NCBI GenBank assembly: GCA_964637245.1
Contig: CAZWVC010000001.1
Coordinates: 1-54,227 of the forward strand
Direction: 5' to 3'
Origin: an uncultured Desulfocapsaceae bacterium
GTDB taxonomy: Bacteria > Desulfobacterota > Desulfobulbia > Desulfobulbales > Desulfocapsaceae
DNA: 54,227 nt
The notes under the pieces were generated by a model that saw only the letters and a program-made list of their open reading frames with translations, was not told the origin of the DNA and ran no database searches. The position numbers and the translations under genes are program-made. Each line of letters opens with the position of its first letter. Within the stretch, counting starts at the first letter, position 1. This document shows positions 28,219-36,832 of the stretch, one piece after another.

Positions 28219-30012
28219 TTATTGCTCAGATTTAAGTACTGAGAGAAAAGCCTTCTGGGGAATTTCCACATTACCTACGGTTTTCATTCTTTTCTTACCT
28301 GCTTTCTGCTTTTCAAGAAGTTTCCTTTTCCTTGATATATCACCACCATAACATTTCGCAGTAACATCTTTACGCAATGCGGAAACATTTGTTCTTGATA
28401 TAATTGTTCCACCGATAGCTGCCTGGATTGCGATTTTGAACATTTGCCGAGGAATTTCTTCTTTGAGTCTCTCGCAGGCGTGTAAACCTCTTGCCCTCGC
28501 ATTGTTGCGATGTACCAGCTGGGAAAGCGCATCTACTACTTCGCCATTTACCAAAATGTCTAGTTTAACCAGGTCACTGTCTCGATAATCTAAAAGATCA
28601 TAATCAAATGAGCCGTATCCTTGGGTAATCGATTTTAATTTGTCATAAAAATCATATATCACCTCTGCCAGAGGCAGTTCACAGGTAAATTCGATTCTGC
28701 CTGGCATTGGATAGTGATAGTCTGTATTAACGCCACGCCGCTCCATGCATAGGGTCATTACAACACCCATATATTTCTCCGGGATGAGTATAGTTGCCTT
28801 TATATAAGGTTCCTGTATTTTTGAGATCGAGGCAGGATCAGGAAAATGTGCTGGATTATCAACATCTACTTCACTCTTGTCATTTAGAAGAAATTGATAC
28901 CTAACTGAAGGAACTGTTAAAATTAGAGATATATCAAATTCTCTTTCAAGCCTTTCCTGAACAACCTCTAAATGGAGAAGCCCAAGAAAACCACAACGAA
29001 AACCAAACCCTAAGGCAACAGACGAGTCTTTTTGAAAAGTTAGGGCAGCATCGTTGAGTTGCAATTTCTCCATTGCTGCAGCAAGATTTTCATATTCATC
29101 AGTGGAAATAGGGTAGATTGATGAGAAAACTACCTGCTGGACTTCTTTGAATCCAGGTAGGGGGGTTTTGCTAGGATTTTCTTTAAGTGTTATAGTATCT
29201 CCCGGTCGTGTGTCTTTTACAGTTTTCACACCGGCAATGATATAGCCAACTTGGCCGGCAGTAAGTTCTTTAGTCTCCTGTCGACCCACTTTAAAAACCC
29301 CGACTTCTTCAACTCTGTAGGCCGCATTATTAGACATAAAGACAATTGTATCACCAGCTTTAACTTTGCCATTAATTATTCTACATGAAATAATTGTACC
29401 GCGAAATGGATCATAATTAGCATCAAATATAAGAGCTTGGAGTTTTTCATCCAGCTCACCTATAGGAGGTGGAAGATGGTCAATAATTGCTTCAAAGATT
29501 TCGTCAACACCTTGGCCTGTTTTAGCTGAACACATCTGCACAAGTTCGCCATCAAGACCAAGGTCTTCTTCAATTTGACTAGAAATCTTTTCAGGCTCTG
29601 CAGAAGGGAGGTCGATTTTATTTATAACGGGTATTATTTCAAGGTCATTTTCCATGGCGAGATAAAGATTAGCCAAGGTTTGGGCTTCGACACCCTGAGC
29701 AGCGTCTATCAACAGCAGTGCACCTTCACATGAGGTAAGGGCACGTGAGACCTCGTAGCTAAAATCCACATGACCAGGTGTATCAACAAGGTTGAGTGAA
29801 TATTCAGTGCCGTCTTTGGCGGTGTAGGGAAGGCAAACTGTCTGACTTTTAATTGTTATGCCACGTTCCCGCTCAATATCCATGTTATCGAGTAGCTGAT
29901 CTTTAAACTCTCTCTCTGAGATAAGACCACACATCTGGATCATTCGGTCAGCTAAGGTGGATTTACCATGATCAATGTGGGCAATAATGCTGAAATTTCT
30001 TATATTCTTCAT
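28219..30012 (-). CDS. lepA: Elongation factor 4
   Basis: IRNFSIIAHIDHGKSTLADR, GFRCGFLGLLH, KCYGGDISRKRKLLEKQK. Confidence 0.98.
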   Translation of the reverse strand: MKNIRNFSIIAHIDHGKSTLADRMIQMCGLISEREFKDQLLDNMDIERERGITIKSQTVCLPYTAKDGTEYSLNLVDTPGHVDFSYEVSRALTSCEGALLLIDAAQGVEAQTLANLYLAMENDLEIIPVINKIDLPSAEPEKISSQIEEDLGLDGELVQMCSAKTGQGVDEIFEAIIDHLPPPIGELDEKLQALIFDANYDPFRGTIISCRIINGKVKAGDTIVFMSNNAAYRVEEVGVFKVGRQETKELTAGQVGYIIAGVKTVKDTRPGDTITLKENPSKTPLPGFKEVQQVVFSSIYPISTDEYENLAAAMEKLQLNDAALTFQKDSSVALGFGFRCGFLGLLHLEVVQERLEREFDISLILTVPSVRYQFLLNDKSEVDVDNPAHFPDPASISKIQEPYIKATILIPEKYMGVVMTLCMERRGVNTDYHYPMPGRIEFTCELPLAEVIYDFYDKLKSITQGYGSFDYDLLDYRDSDLVKLDILVNGEVVDALSQLVHRNNARARGLHACERLKEEIPRQMFKIAIQAAIGGTIISRTNVSALRKDVTAKCYGGDISRKRKLLEKQKAGKKRMKTVGNVEIPQKAFLSVLKSEQ

Positions 30013-30146
30013 TCGGCTATTGAGAAAAAAATGACTGGGTAGTAAATATATAATATATGATAAAGCGAAAAGGGGGATCTAGCTTATTATCATAATTCCA
30101 TGAAGAAGAAAATAGAATTTTCCTCTTTCCGCTTAATATGCTAGGA

Positions 30147-30175
30147 TTGCCCATTCACAAGTTCGGTTCTACTAT
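30147..30175 (+). promoter_or_regulatory. Possible sigma70 promoter for rpoH
   Basis: TTGCCC-N17-TACTAT. Confidence 0.35.
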
Positions 30176-30253
30176 AAGTATGACACTATCTGATTGCATA
30201 GTAAATAATGCAACGTACATAAAGGGGGGGTATGTATATACCCAATCACATAT

Positions 30254-31240
30254 ATGCCAAAAAGAAAAAAGAAGGAAAAAAATCTTACCATTAACAGCAA
30301 GGGAGAGATGGAAAATCCTCTAGTTTCAATTTCTGATGATGAAAATCTACCCGCGTTAAGTAATCCTGCTCTGCATCGTTATCTCCAGGAAATAAGTCAA
30401 TATGAACTCCTCTCCCGCGAAGAAACCGATGAATTAGCCATTCGCTTCAAAGAAACTGGTGACCAAAACGCTGCATATCGACTTGTCTCTTCAAACCTGC
30501 GTTTAGTCGTTAAGGTCGCTATGGATTTCCAAAAGTACTGGATGCAAAATTTTATGGATCTAATTCAAGAAGGAAATGTAGGCCTAGTCCAGGCTACTAA
30601 AAAGTTTGATCCTTACAGAGGAGTAAAGTTTTCGTATTACGCAGCCTATTGGATTCGCGCGTATGTACTTAAATTCATAATGGATAACTGGAGGCTTGTA
30701 AAAATAGGGACAACTCAAGCACAACGAAAACTTTTCTTTTCACTTAATAAAGAAAAGAAACTTCTTGAAGCTCAAGGGTTCAGACCTGAACCCAAACTCC
30801 TTGCCCAGCGGCTTAACGTAAAAGAAAGAGAAGTAGTAGAAATGAGCCAGAGAATGGACAGTTGGGACGTATCGCTTGAATCGCCAGTGCGTTCTGATTC
30901 TGAAGATGAGCAGAAAAATTTTATTCCAAGTTCTGGACCAAATATTGAGTCTACTGTAGCCGGAAAAGAAATGCAAACACGTCTTGGAGAACTCCTTGAG
31001 ATCTTAAAAGATAAACTCAACGAGAAAGAAAAGATGATTCTGGAAAGCCGGCTTCTCACCGATGAACCATTAACCCTTCAAAATATCGCCGATAAATTTG
31101 ATATTTCTCGTGAAAGGGTTCGTCAAATAGAGGTAAATCTTCTCAAGAAAATGAAAAAATACCTTGAAGTTGAAATGCCAGATATTGTAGATTTTTTTGA
31201 TGGTGACAGAATTGTGGTAAACGGTGATAATAGAGAGTAG
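30254..31240 (+). CDS. rpoH: RNA polymerase sigma-32 family factor
   Basis: DLIQEGN.GL, YAAYWIRA, RpoH box TTQAQRKLFFSL, SRERVRQIE. Start uncertain (ATG 30308 is an alternative). Confidence 0.88.
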   Translation: MPKRKKKEKNLTINSKGEMENPLVSISDDENLPALSNPALHRYLQEISQYELLSREETDELAIRFKETGDQNAAYRLVSSNLRLVVKVAMDFQKYWMQNFMDLIQEGNVGLVQATKKFDPYRGVKFSYYAAYWIRAYVLKFIMDNWRLVKIGTTQAQRKLFFSLNKEKKLLEAQGFRPEPKLLAQRLNVKEREVVEMSQRMDSWDVSLESPVRSDSEDEQKNFIPSSGPNIESTVAGKEMQTRLGELLEILKDKLNEKEKMILESRLLTDEPLTLQNIADKFDISRERVRQIEVNLLKKMKKYLEVEMPDIVDFFDGDRIVVNGDNRE

Positions 31241-31332
31241 TATAGGCAAATATTATTTGCGATCTTTTACGTTACCTACCCTGCAAAATGAGATGAAGTA
31301 GATGTTTACACAGGGCACCATAAAGATGTGAC

Positions 31333-34300
31333 ATGAATGCTGGTCACAAAAAAAGAACTCTACAATTTTTATTAGTGGTGCAAAAACATCCCATTAAACA
31401 CATAATTTGCTGTGCTTTGCTCCTGCTTAGTATTTCCTGGAATAGCATCGCTGCCAAAAGTTTATCCAACGTTGTTAATGCCGCTTCGCAAATTCAAGTA
31501 AACATTGAAGAACAAGACGGTGCCGCCCCTTCATGGAAATTGCTCTGGGATCAAGCGCGGCAACACACCCGCAATAATAATTTCTCTGAAGCAAAAGATT
31601 TTTATCAGGCTTTACTTAATTTAAAACCCAATATCGTTGAAGCTCGCTGGGAATATTGCAAACTTCTCATTTCCATTGATGACTTCACCAAAGCAGCAAG
31701 GGTTATAGAAGGCCTCTTAGAATTAGAACCCAACCATCAAGAATACCTTATCACAGCGGGTGAACTTGCCCTCATTAATAAACACTTCAACAAGGCTGTC
31801 AGACATTTTGGCCAAGTCTATGAAAACTCGTCATTTGGCCAAGTCTACGATGCTGCTATAAAGGGGTTAGTCAAGGGCTTTCAGGGTTTGGGAAAAGAAC
31901 AAAGTGCCTATTCTCTCCTGGAACAATATTACCAGCGTAACACCACCAACCTTGAAATTCTTGCAGACCTGGCTCCTTTGAGCAAAAAATTAGGATACAA
32001 TACGAAGGCCAGATTTTATTATTCGAGACTTGCTGGAATAAATCCAACAAACAAAGAAATACTTGCCACCACAGCACAACTTTACGAAGATGAAAACCTC
32101 TATAGAAATGCCGCTGTTTACTGGATCAAATATTTAGAATTAGAAGAGAATTATCTGCCATTCCACCGCAAATTATCGCAATACTATTTAGAAATTGATA
32201 AACCTGAGAAAGCACTGCCCCATTTTATTAAAATCTATAAACAAGATCAACTCTCTACTGCTTTAGCTCTACAAATTGGGGAGATTTATGCTACCCAACT
32301 CAATCGTCCAGATAAAGCCCTGCTTTATTTTGAACAGTATTCTAGTTCCTTCCCTTTTAACGATAAGGTGGCAATCAGAATAAATAAGATACGAAATACT
32401 CTTGCACAACAGTACCTCCCCATAGTTGAAAATGATGCTGCCAACCAATTGTGGCAAGACCTTGATATGATTACTCTAAATAAAGAGAAATTATTTCTTG
32501 TCATGGCGGATGCTTTAAAGAGGAAAAATAAAATAGATAATGAAGTTGCTTTAATTGAAATATTACACAATGAACGACCTGCTGATCTTGATCTTACTTA
32601 TCGTCTCGCTCTTCTATATAATCGTCTAAATAAAACAGAACAGGCCTATTTACTTCTGCTCTTTCTCGACAAGCAGGGTTATGATGACAAATCATATCTT
32701 CTGGTGAAGGCGGAGCTTGAGCTAAATAAAAAGCTAGAAGTCCAAAGCCTGGGCTCATATGTTCGTTTTTTCCAATTCTATTCAGATAATTTGGATGCGC
32801 TCGAGAATATAATAATTATTGCTGGAAATTTAGGGCTAATGGAAACCCTAAACCAGGTCTGGGAACAGCGACCGATGAAACTTCCAGATGACAAATATCT
32901 TGAGCTAAGCTTACGCTACATCGAGTCTTTACGGAACAACAGCCTCTTTGCCTCAGCTGATAAAGTCTATGAGGATCTGCTCAACCGTTACAATGATGAC
33001 AACTCTATTCTACCTAAAATATATTTTCATCGTTCAGATAGCCTTTATCAGGAAGGACTAGTATTTGAGGCTGAGCAACTTATCAGACAGGTATTGGCTC
33101 GGGATTTGGAAGCAAACAATGCTTTGCAAAAGCTTGTTACCTTGTCAATACAAGAAAACCGCTACTCTCAAGCCCGATCTTGGTTAAATCTATTGGCAAA
33201 GCGAATAGGTGTTATGGATTTTGAAGAAGTTGAAAATCAACTCCCTGATATCCTGCATTTTTTATATGTCGCAATTCTTATGGGTGAAAGAGAGTTTGAT
33301 GATGCTGAGGAACTTGTAGTTAATCACCAGAAATACACGAGCTCTACTGAAGAACATAGTGCTTTCAAAAAGCAATCAGATCAGTATCTGGCTAAAATTT
33401 ATTATAATCAACAGGAATATGACCGTGGTTTGAAAAAACTCGCAACACTAAGAACTGCTAATACAGGTGACGATGAATTATATGTTATTGAGGATATAAT
33501 CAAAACGCAGAATAAAAAGACTGCGTCACTCAAAACCCATATGCAGCATCCCTCTCTAACTCAAGAGATAGATCGGGCAAAACAATACGATATATATGGC
33601 AATAATGAAAAGGCACTGGTCACTATCGATAAGGTATTAGATGAATTACCGGATTCAATAAGAGCAAAATTGGTTAAAGTTGACATACTTTCATCACTAG
33701 CTCAATATGAAGAGGCTCTTGAGCTTATTGCTTCGCTTAACCCATTGTATGCAGACAAGGAATTCCTGGAGAGAAGAAAATTAGAGCTTGAATTTAAAAG
33801 TGGTAACTTCGCAGAAATCGTTAAAAAAGTTCCTCCTGAAGATGTTGCCTATGTGAATGAACCTGACAAACAGCAGGAAAGTAGTGGCGATGTCTTTTTT
33901 TGGCGACAACTGCTACTCGCCAGAGCTCTGTGGGCTGAAAATAGAAGAGAAGAAGCTATCGAAGTTTATGATAGATTGCTGGCGGTACCTGTTGACACCA
34001 TATTTCTAGAAAAAATGGAAGTGCAAAATGTTAACTTCAACTTGCCTCCTCTTAAAAAATCACTACTCAATGTAATAACCTTTACGAATCCAGGACAACC
34101 AGATCCAATCACTGCGGTGATGGATCCGCAGTTTTTTACTCAAAATATTGGACAACCCGTTGATGATATTGCAGCAGGTCTATATGGAAAATATCGTTGG
34201 CAGAGGCTCATACGCAAGGAGTTATCTGCTCGACAGGCCATTGAGGAACGAGATTATTACCGGGCTGAAAAGGAATATTTAGCCCTCATCAAGGAAGAGA

Positions 34301-35370
34301 AATCAGAAGAGACTCTTTTTGATCTGGCCTATATTTATAACAAGCTTGGTTATTATGGTAAGGAAGCTGAACTCTACGAGATCTTAAAGAAGAAAAGCCC
34401 GCTATATCCAGGGTTGGATGAATATATTGATGCAAGTGTACTCAAACGACAACCAAGAATTTCTGGTACTTTCATCAACAGCAGGAGAAAGGGTAGAGAC
34501 GGTTATATAAATATGAAAAAGAGATCGTGGGGATTTGAAGGATGGCTTATGCCCACATTTGACCAAGAGATCAAGGTAGGTTTGTTTCGCAATGCTTATT
34601 CTTCATTTGATCGGGAAGCAAAAACTGATAGCAATAGATTAGAGTTTACCTACTCAACCTATTTCGAAGACAGTTTAGATTTAAATGTTGGAATAGGCAC
34701 AGATAACCCTACAGATTCTGGAACCACCGAAGTACTATATAAATTCGAAATTATCACTAGGCTAAGTGATTCTGTTGAGGCTTATGGCAGGTTTGAACAA
34801 GACTTGGTAGAAGATACGATTCGTTCGGTGACAGAGTCAATCGTCTATCGTGATCTTGAAGCTGGATTTAAGTTTGATGTGATTCCCCGATTATTCATTG
34901 GCGGAGATTATCGATTTAGAATGTATTCAGATGATAACGAGCAGAACAGATATAAACTCTGGAGCATGTATCATTTATTTGGTGAATTGAATCAATTTAA
35001 GCTTAAATATAGTTATGAAAATATACGGAACAATAGTGAGAATCTAGGTCGAGGTGATGATAACTTCAGAAATGAGTTTCTTCAAGACGATCGGGTGTAT
35101 TGGAGTCCCAATCATTACTGGCAACATCTTTTTACGGCCCATTACAAATATATTTTCGAAGTGAGCGTGGAGCCTGAAGCACCGCTGAGCTATTTTTCTT
35201 TTGATTATTCCTACGGCTATGAAGAAGATTATAATGAGCTTCATGGCTTTGACGTGAATATTTTTCTTGAAATGGACCGACATTTCCTATTAAAAGGTAA
35301 TGTCAGTCATACAAATGGTGATGCTTATGAAGAAACCTTTGCAGTTTTTTCATTGATCTATCGCTGGTAA
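31333..35370 (+). CDS. Large exported TPR protein with probable C-terminal outer-membrane beta-barrel
   Basis: Signal peptide, about 1000 aa of TPR-like helices, about 300 aa of amphipathic aromatic beta-strands ending FSLIYRW (C-terminal aromatic beta-signal). Confidence 0.75.
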   Translation: MNAGHKKRTLQFLLVVQKHPIKHIICCALLLLSISWNSIAAKSLSNVVNAASQIQVNIEEQDGAAPSWKLLWDQARQHTRNNNFSEAKDFYQALLNLKPNIVEARWEYCKLLISIDDFTKAARVIEGLLELEPNHQEYLITAGELALINKHFNKAVRHFGQVYENSSFGQVYDAAIKGLVKGFQGLGKEQSAYSLLEQYYQRNTTNLEILADLAPLSKKLGYNTKARFYYSRLAGINPTNKEILATTAQLYEDENLYRNAAVYWIKYLELEENYLPFHRKLSQYYLEIDKPEKALPHFIKIYKQDQLSTALALQIGEIYATQLNRPDKALLYFEQYSSSFPFNDKVAIRINKIRNTLAQQYLPIVENDAANQLWQDLDMITLNKEKLFLVMADALKRKNKIDNEVALIEILHNERPADLDLTYRLALLYNRLNKTEQAYLLLLFLDKQGYDDKSYLLVKAELELNKKLEVQSLGSYVRFFQFYSDNLDALENIIIIAGNLGLMETLNQVWEQRPMKLPDDKYLELSLRYIESLRNNSLFASADKVYEDLLNRYNDDNSILPKIYFHRSDSLYQEGLVFEAEQLIRQVLARDLEANNALQKLVTLSIQENRYSQARSWLNLLAKRIGVMDFEEVENQLPDILHFLYVAILMGEREFDDAEELVVNHQKYTSSTEEHSAFKKQSDQYLAKIYYNQQEYDRGLKKLATLRTANTGDDELYVIEDIIKTQNKKTASLKTHMQHPSLTQEIDRAKQYDIYGNNEKALVTIDKVLDELPDSIRAKLVKVDILSSLAQYEEALELIASLNPLYADKEFLERRKLELEFKSGNFAEIVKKVPPEDVAYVNEPDKQQESSGDVFFWRQLLLARALWAENRREEAIEVYDRLLAVPVDTIFLEKMEVQNVNFNLPPLKKSLLNVITFTNPGQPDPITAVMDPQFFTQNIGQPVDDIAAGLYGKYRWQRLIRKELSARQAIEERDYYRAEKEYLALIKEEKSEETLFDLAYIYNKLGYYGKEAELYEILKKKSPLYPGLDEYIDASVLKRQPRISGTFINSRRKGRDGYINMKKRSWGFEGWLMPTFDQEIKVGLFRNAYSSFDREAKTDSNRLEFTYSTYFEDSLDLNVGIGTDNPTDSGTTEVLYKFEIITRLSDSVEAYGRFEQDLVEDTIRSVTESIVYRDLEAGFKFDVIPRLFIGGDYRFRMYSDDNEQNRYKLWSMYHLFGELNQFKLKYSYENIRNNSENLGRGDDNFRNEFLQDDRVYWSPNHYWQHLFTAHYKYIFEVSVEPEAPLSYFSFDYSYGYEEDYNELHGFDVNIFLEMDRHFLLKGNVSHTNGDAYEETFAVFSLIYRW

Positions 35371-35384
35371 ATTGATAACACTCT

Positions 35385-35424
35385 CCTGCAACCTCAGATG
35401 TTGAGGTCTGCAGGTGTTTTTTTT
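35385..35424 (+). terminator. Intrinsic terminator immediately upstream of the greA RBS
   Basis: CCTGCAACCTCA-GATGT-TGAGGTCTGCAGG then TG and T8. Confidence 0.8.
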
Positions 35425-35439
35425 CTAGGAGATTTGGTA

Positions 35440-35925
35440 ATGGTAGAAAGAATACCGATGTCTAAAATGGGCAATGGTAAATTAAGGGCGGAACTTGAAA
35501 ATCTCGAAAGGGTAGAGCGAGCAGCGGTTGTAAAAGCTATAGAAGTAGCCCGTGCACATGGTGACTTAAAAGAAAACGCCGAATATCATGCTGCTAAAGA
35601 GAGACAGGCACACATTGAGGGACGAATTATAGAGCTCAAAGACAAGCTCTCAAGAGCTGAAATAATCGATTGCTCTCAAGTTTCATGCGAAAAGGCAGTG
35701 TTTGGTACGGTAGTTCGTCTTTTGGATATGGATACTGACGAAGAAGTGGCCTATCAACTTCTCGGTCCTGAGGAGGCAGACGTAAAAAAAGGCTCGATAT
35801 CTGTGCTTTCACCATTAGGTAGATCAATACTGGGTAAAGAAATCGGTGATGAGGTTATTGCCAAGACTCCTGGTGGAACACGTGAATTTGAGGTTATTTT
35901 GATATCGCAATCGAATTTTTCTTAA
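35440..35925 (+). CDS. greA: Transcription elongation factor GreA
   Basis: ARAHGDLKENAEYHAAKE, ISVLSPLGRSILGK. Start moved to ATG 35440 after AGGAGA. Confidence 0.96.
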   Translation: MVERIPMSKMGNGKLRAELENLERVERAAVVKAIEVARAHGDLKENAEYHAAKERQAHIEGRIIELKDKLSRAEIIDCSQVSCEKAVFGTVVRLLDMDTDEEVAYQLLGPEEADVKKGSISVLSPLGRSILGKEIGDEVIAKTPGGTREFEVILISQSNFS

Positions 35926-35962
35926 GTTGAGACAAAGCAATAAACTAATTTTAAAAGAACTG

Positions 35963-36559
35963 TTAGTCTTTTTGTCTCATATCCAGCATACCGGAGATAA
36001 ATATTCTAATGGTCTGCATTCCTGCATCTTCGATAGAGTAGTTTGTTTCCAGGGAGATGTTCCATACCCTTGATATTTCATCCAGGGCACCAAAAATTGC
36101 TCGCTTGGTAATGCCAGGAATAATGTCTTTGCGAAAGATGTTCTGCTGTTGGCCAAGCACAATAATCTCAGCAATGATATCAATGTATTCGCTGAATTTG
36201 TTGTTCCGATACTCTTTGATGAGTTTGGTGGTTTGGCGAAGCTCGATCTGGATAACTTCTGCGAGATTTTTATTTTTCTTCATTGTAGTGAGGTGTCTGA
36301 TAACAAAAATCTCAAGTTTTTTACGTGGGTCTGGTTCTTCATCCAGCAATTTTCTCGTTTGAACGATAATCGCCCCAATTTCCTCTTCAAATACCGAAAG
36401 CAATATATCTATCTTGTTGTTGAAATATAGATATATTGTTCCATCTGCAACCTTGGCTTCTTTTGCTATATCGGAAATTCTAGCATTAAAAAATCCCTTC
36501 TTAGCAAAGACTTTGGTTGCTGCTGTTATAATTTTTGCATGCTTATTGACAGCTTTCAT
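35963..36559 (-). CDS. TetR-family regulator, FadR/YsiA-like
   Basis: AA.KVFAKKGF.NARISDIAKEAKVADGTIYLYF.NK.DIL, QIELRQ, FGALDE. Start uncertain (36559 or 36601). Confidence 0.88.
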   Translation of the reverse strand: MKAVNKHAKIITAATKVFAKKGFFNARISDIAKEAKVADGTIYLYFNNKIDILLSVFEEEIGAIIVQTRKLLDEEPDPRKKLEIFVIRHLTTMKKNKNLAEVIQIELRQTTKLIKEYRNNKFSEYIDIIAEIIVLGQQQNIFRKDIIPGITKRAIFGALDEISRVWNISLETNYSIEDAGMQTIRIFISGMLDMRQKD

Positions 36560-36609
36560 TAGCCGAGAGATGGAGTTGTAAGATGAGTAAGAATTGAGCA
36601 TCAAAAAAC

Positions 36610-36623
36610 TGAATGGCCATTCA
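36610..36623. promoter_or_regulatory. Perfect palindrome, probable autoregulatory TetR operator
   Basis: TGAATGGCCATTCA, just downstream of a minus-strand TTGACA (36654-36649) and an AT-rich -10. Confidence 0.65.
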
Positions 36624-36832
36624 TTTATTTAAACCTTTGCATATTTTTTGTCAATATCAGATCGAAGAATAAATTCTATTTGATAGATCTAAGCCGACCT
36701 ACTATAGTGTGAAGTGATTCCACGTAAACCACATATTGATATTTCTCATAGTTCTCGGGAGGGCCTGCGTTTTACAGTCATCCGCTGTAGTAAACAGCAG
36801 GAATAAGATTAACTTCACAATGGAGTAGCTCG

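Noticed and set aside
31807-31847. 14-bp direct repeat TTTGGCCAAGTCTA with 27-nt period
   Set aside because: Only two copies, in frame within a TPR gene (FGQVY twice). Not a CRISPR array or a target-site duplication.
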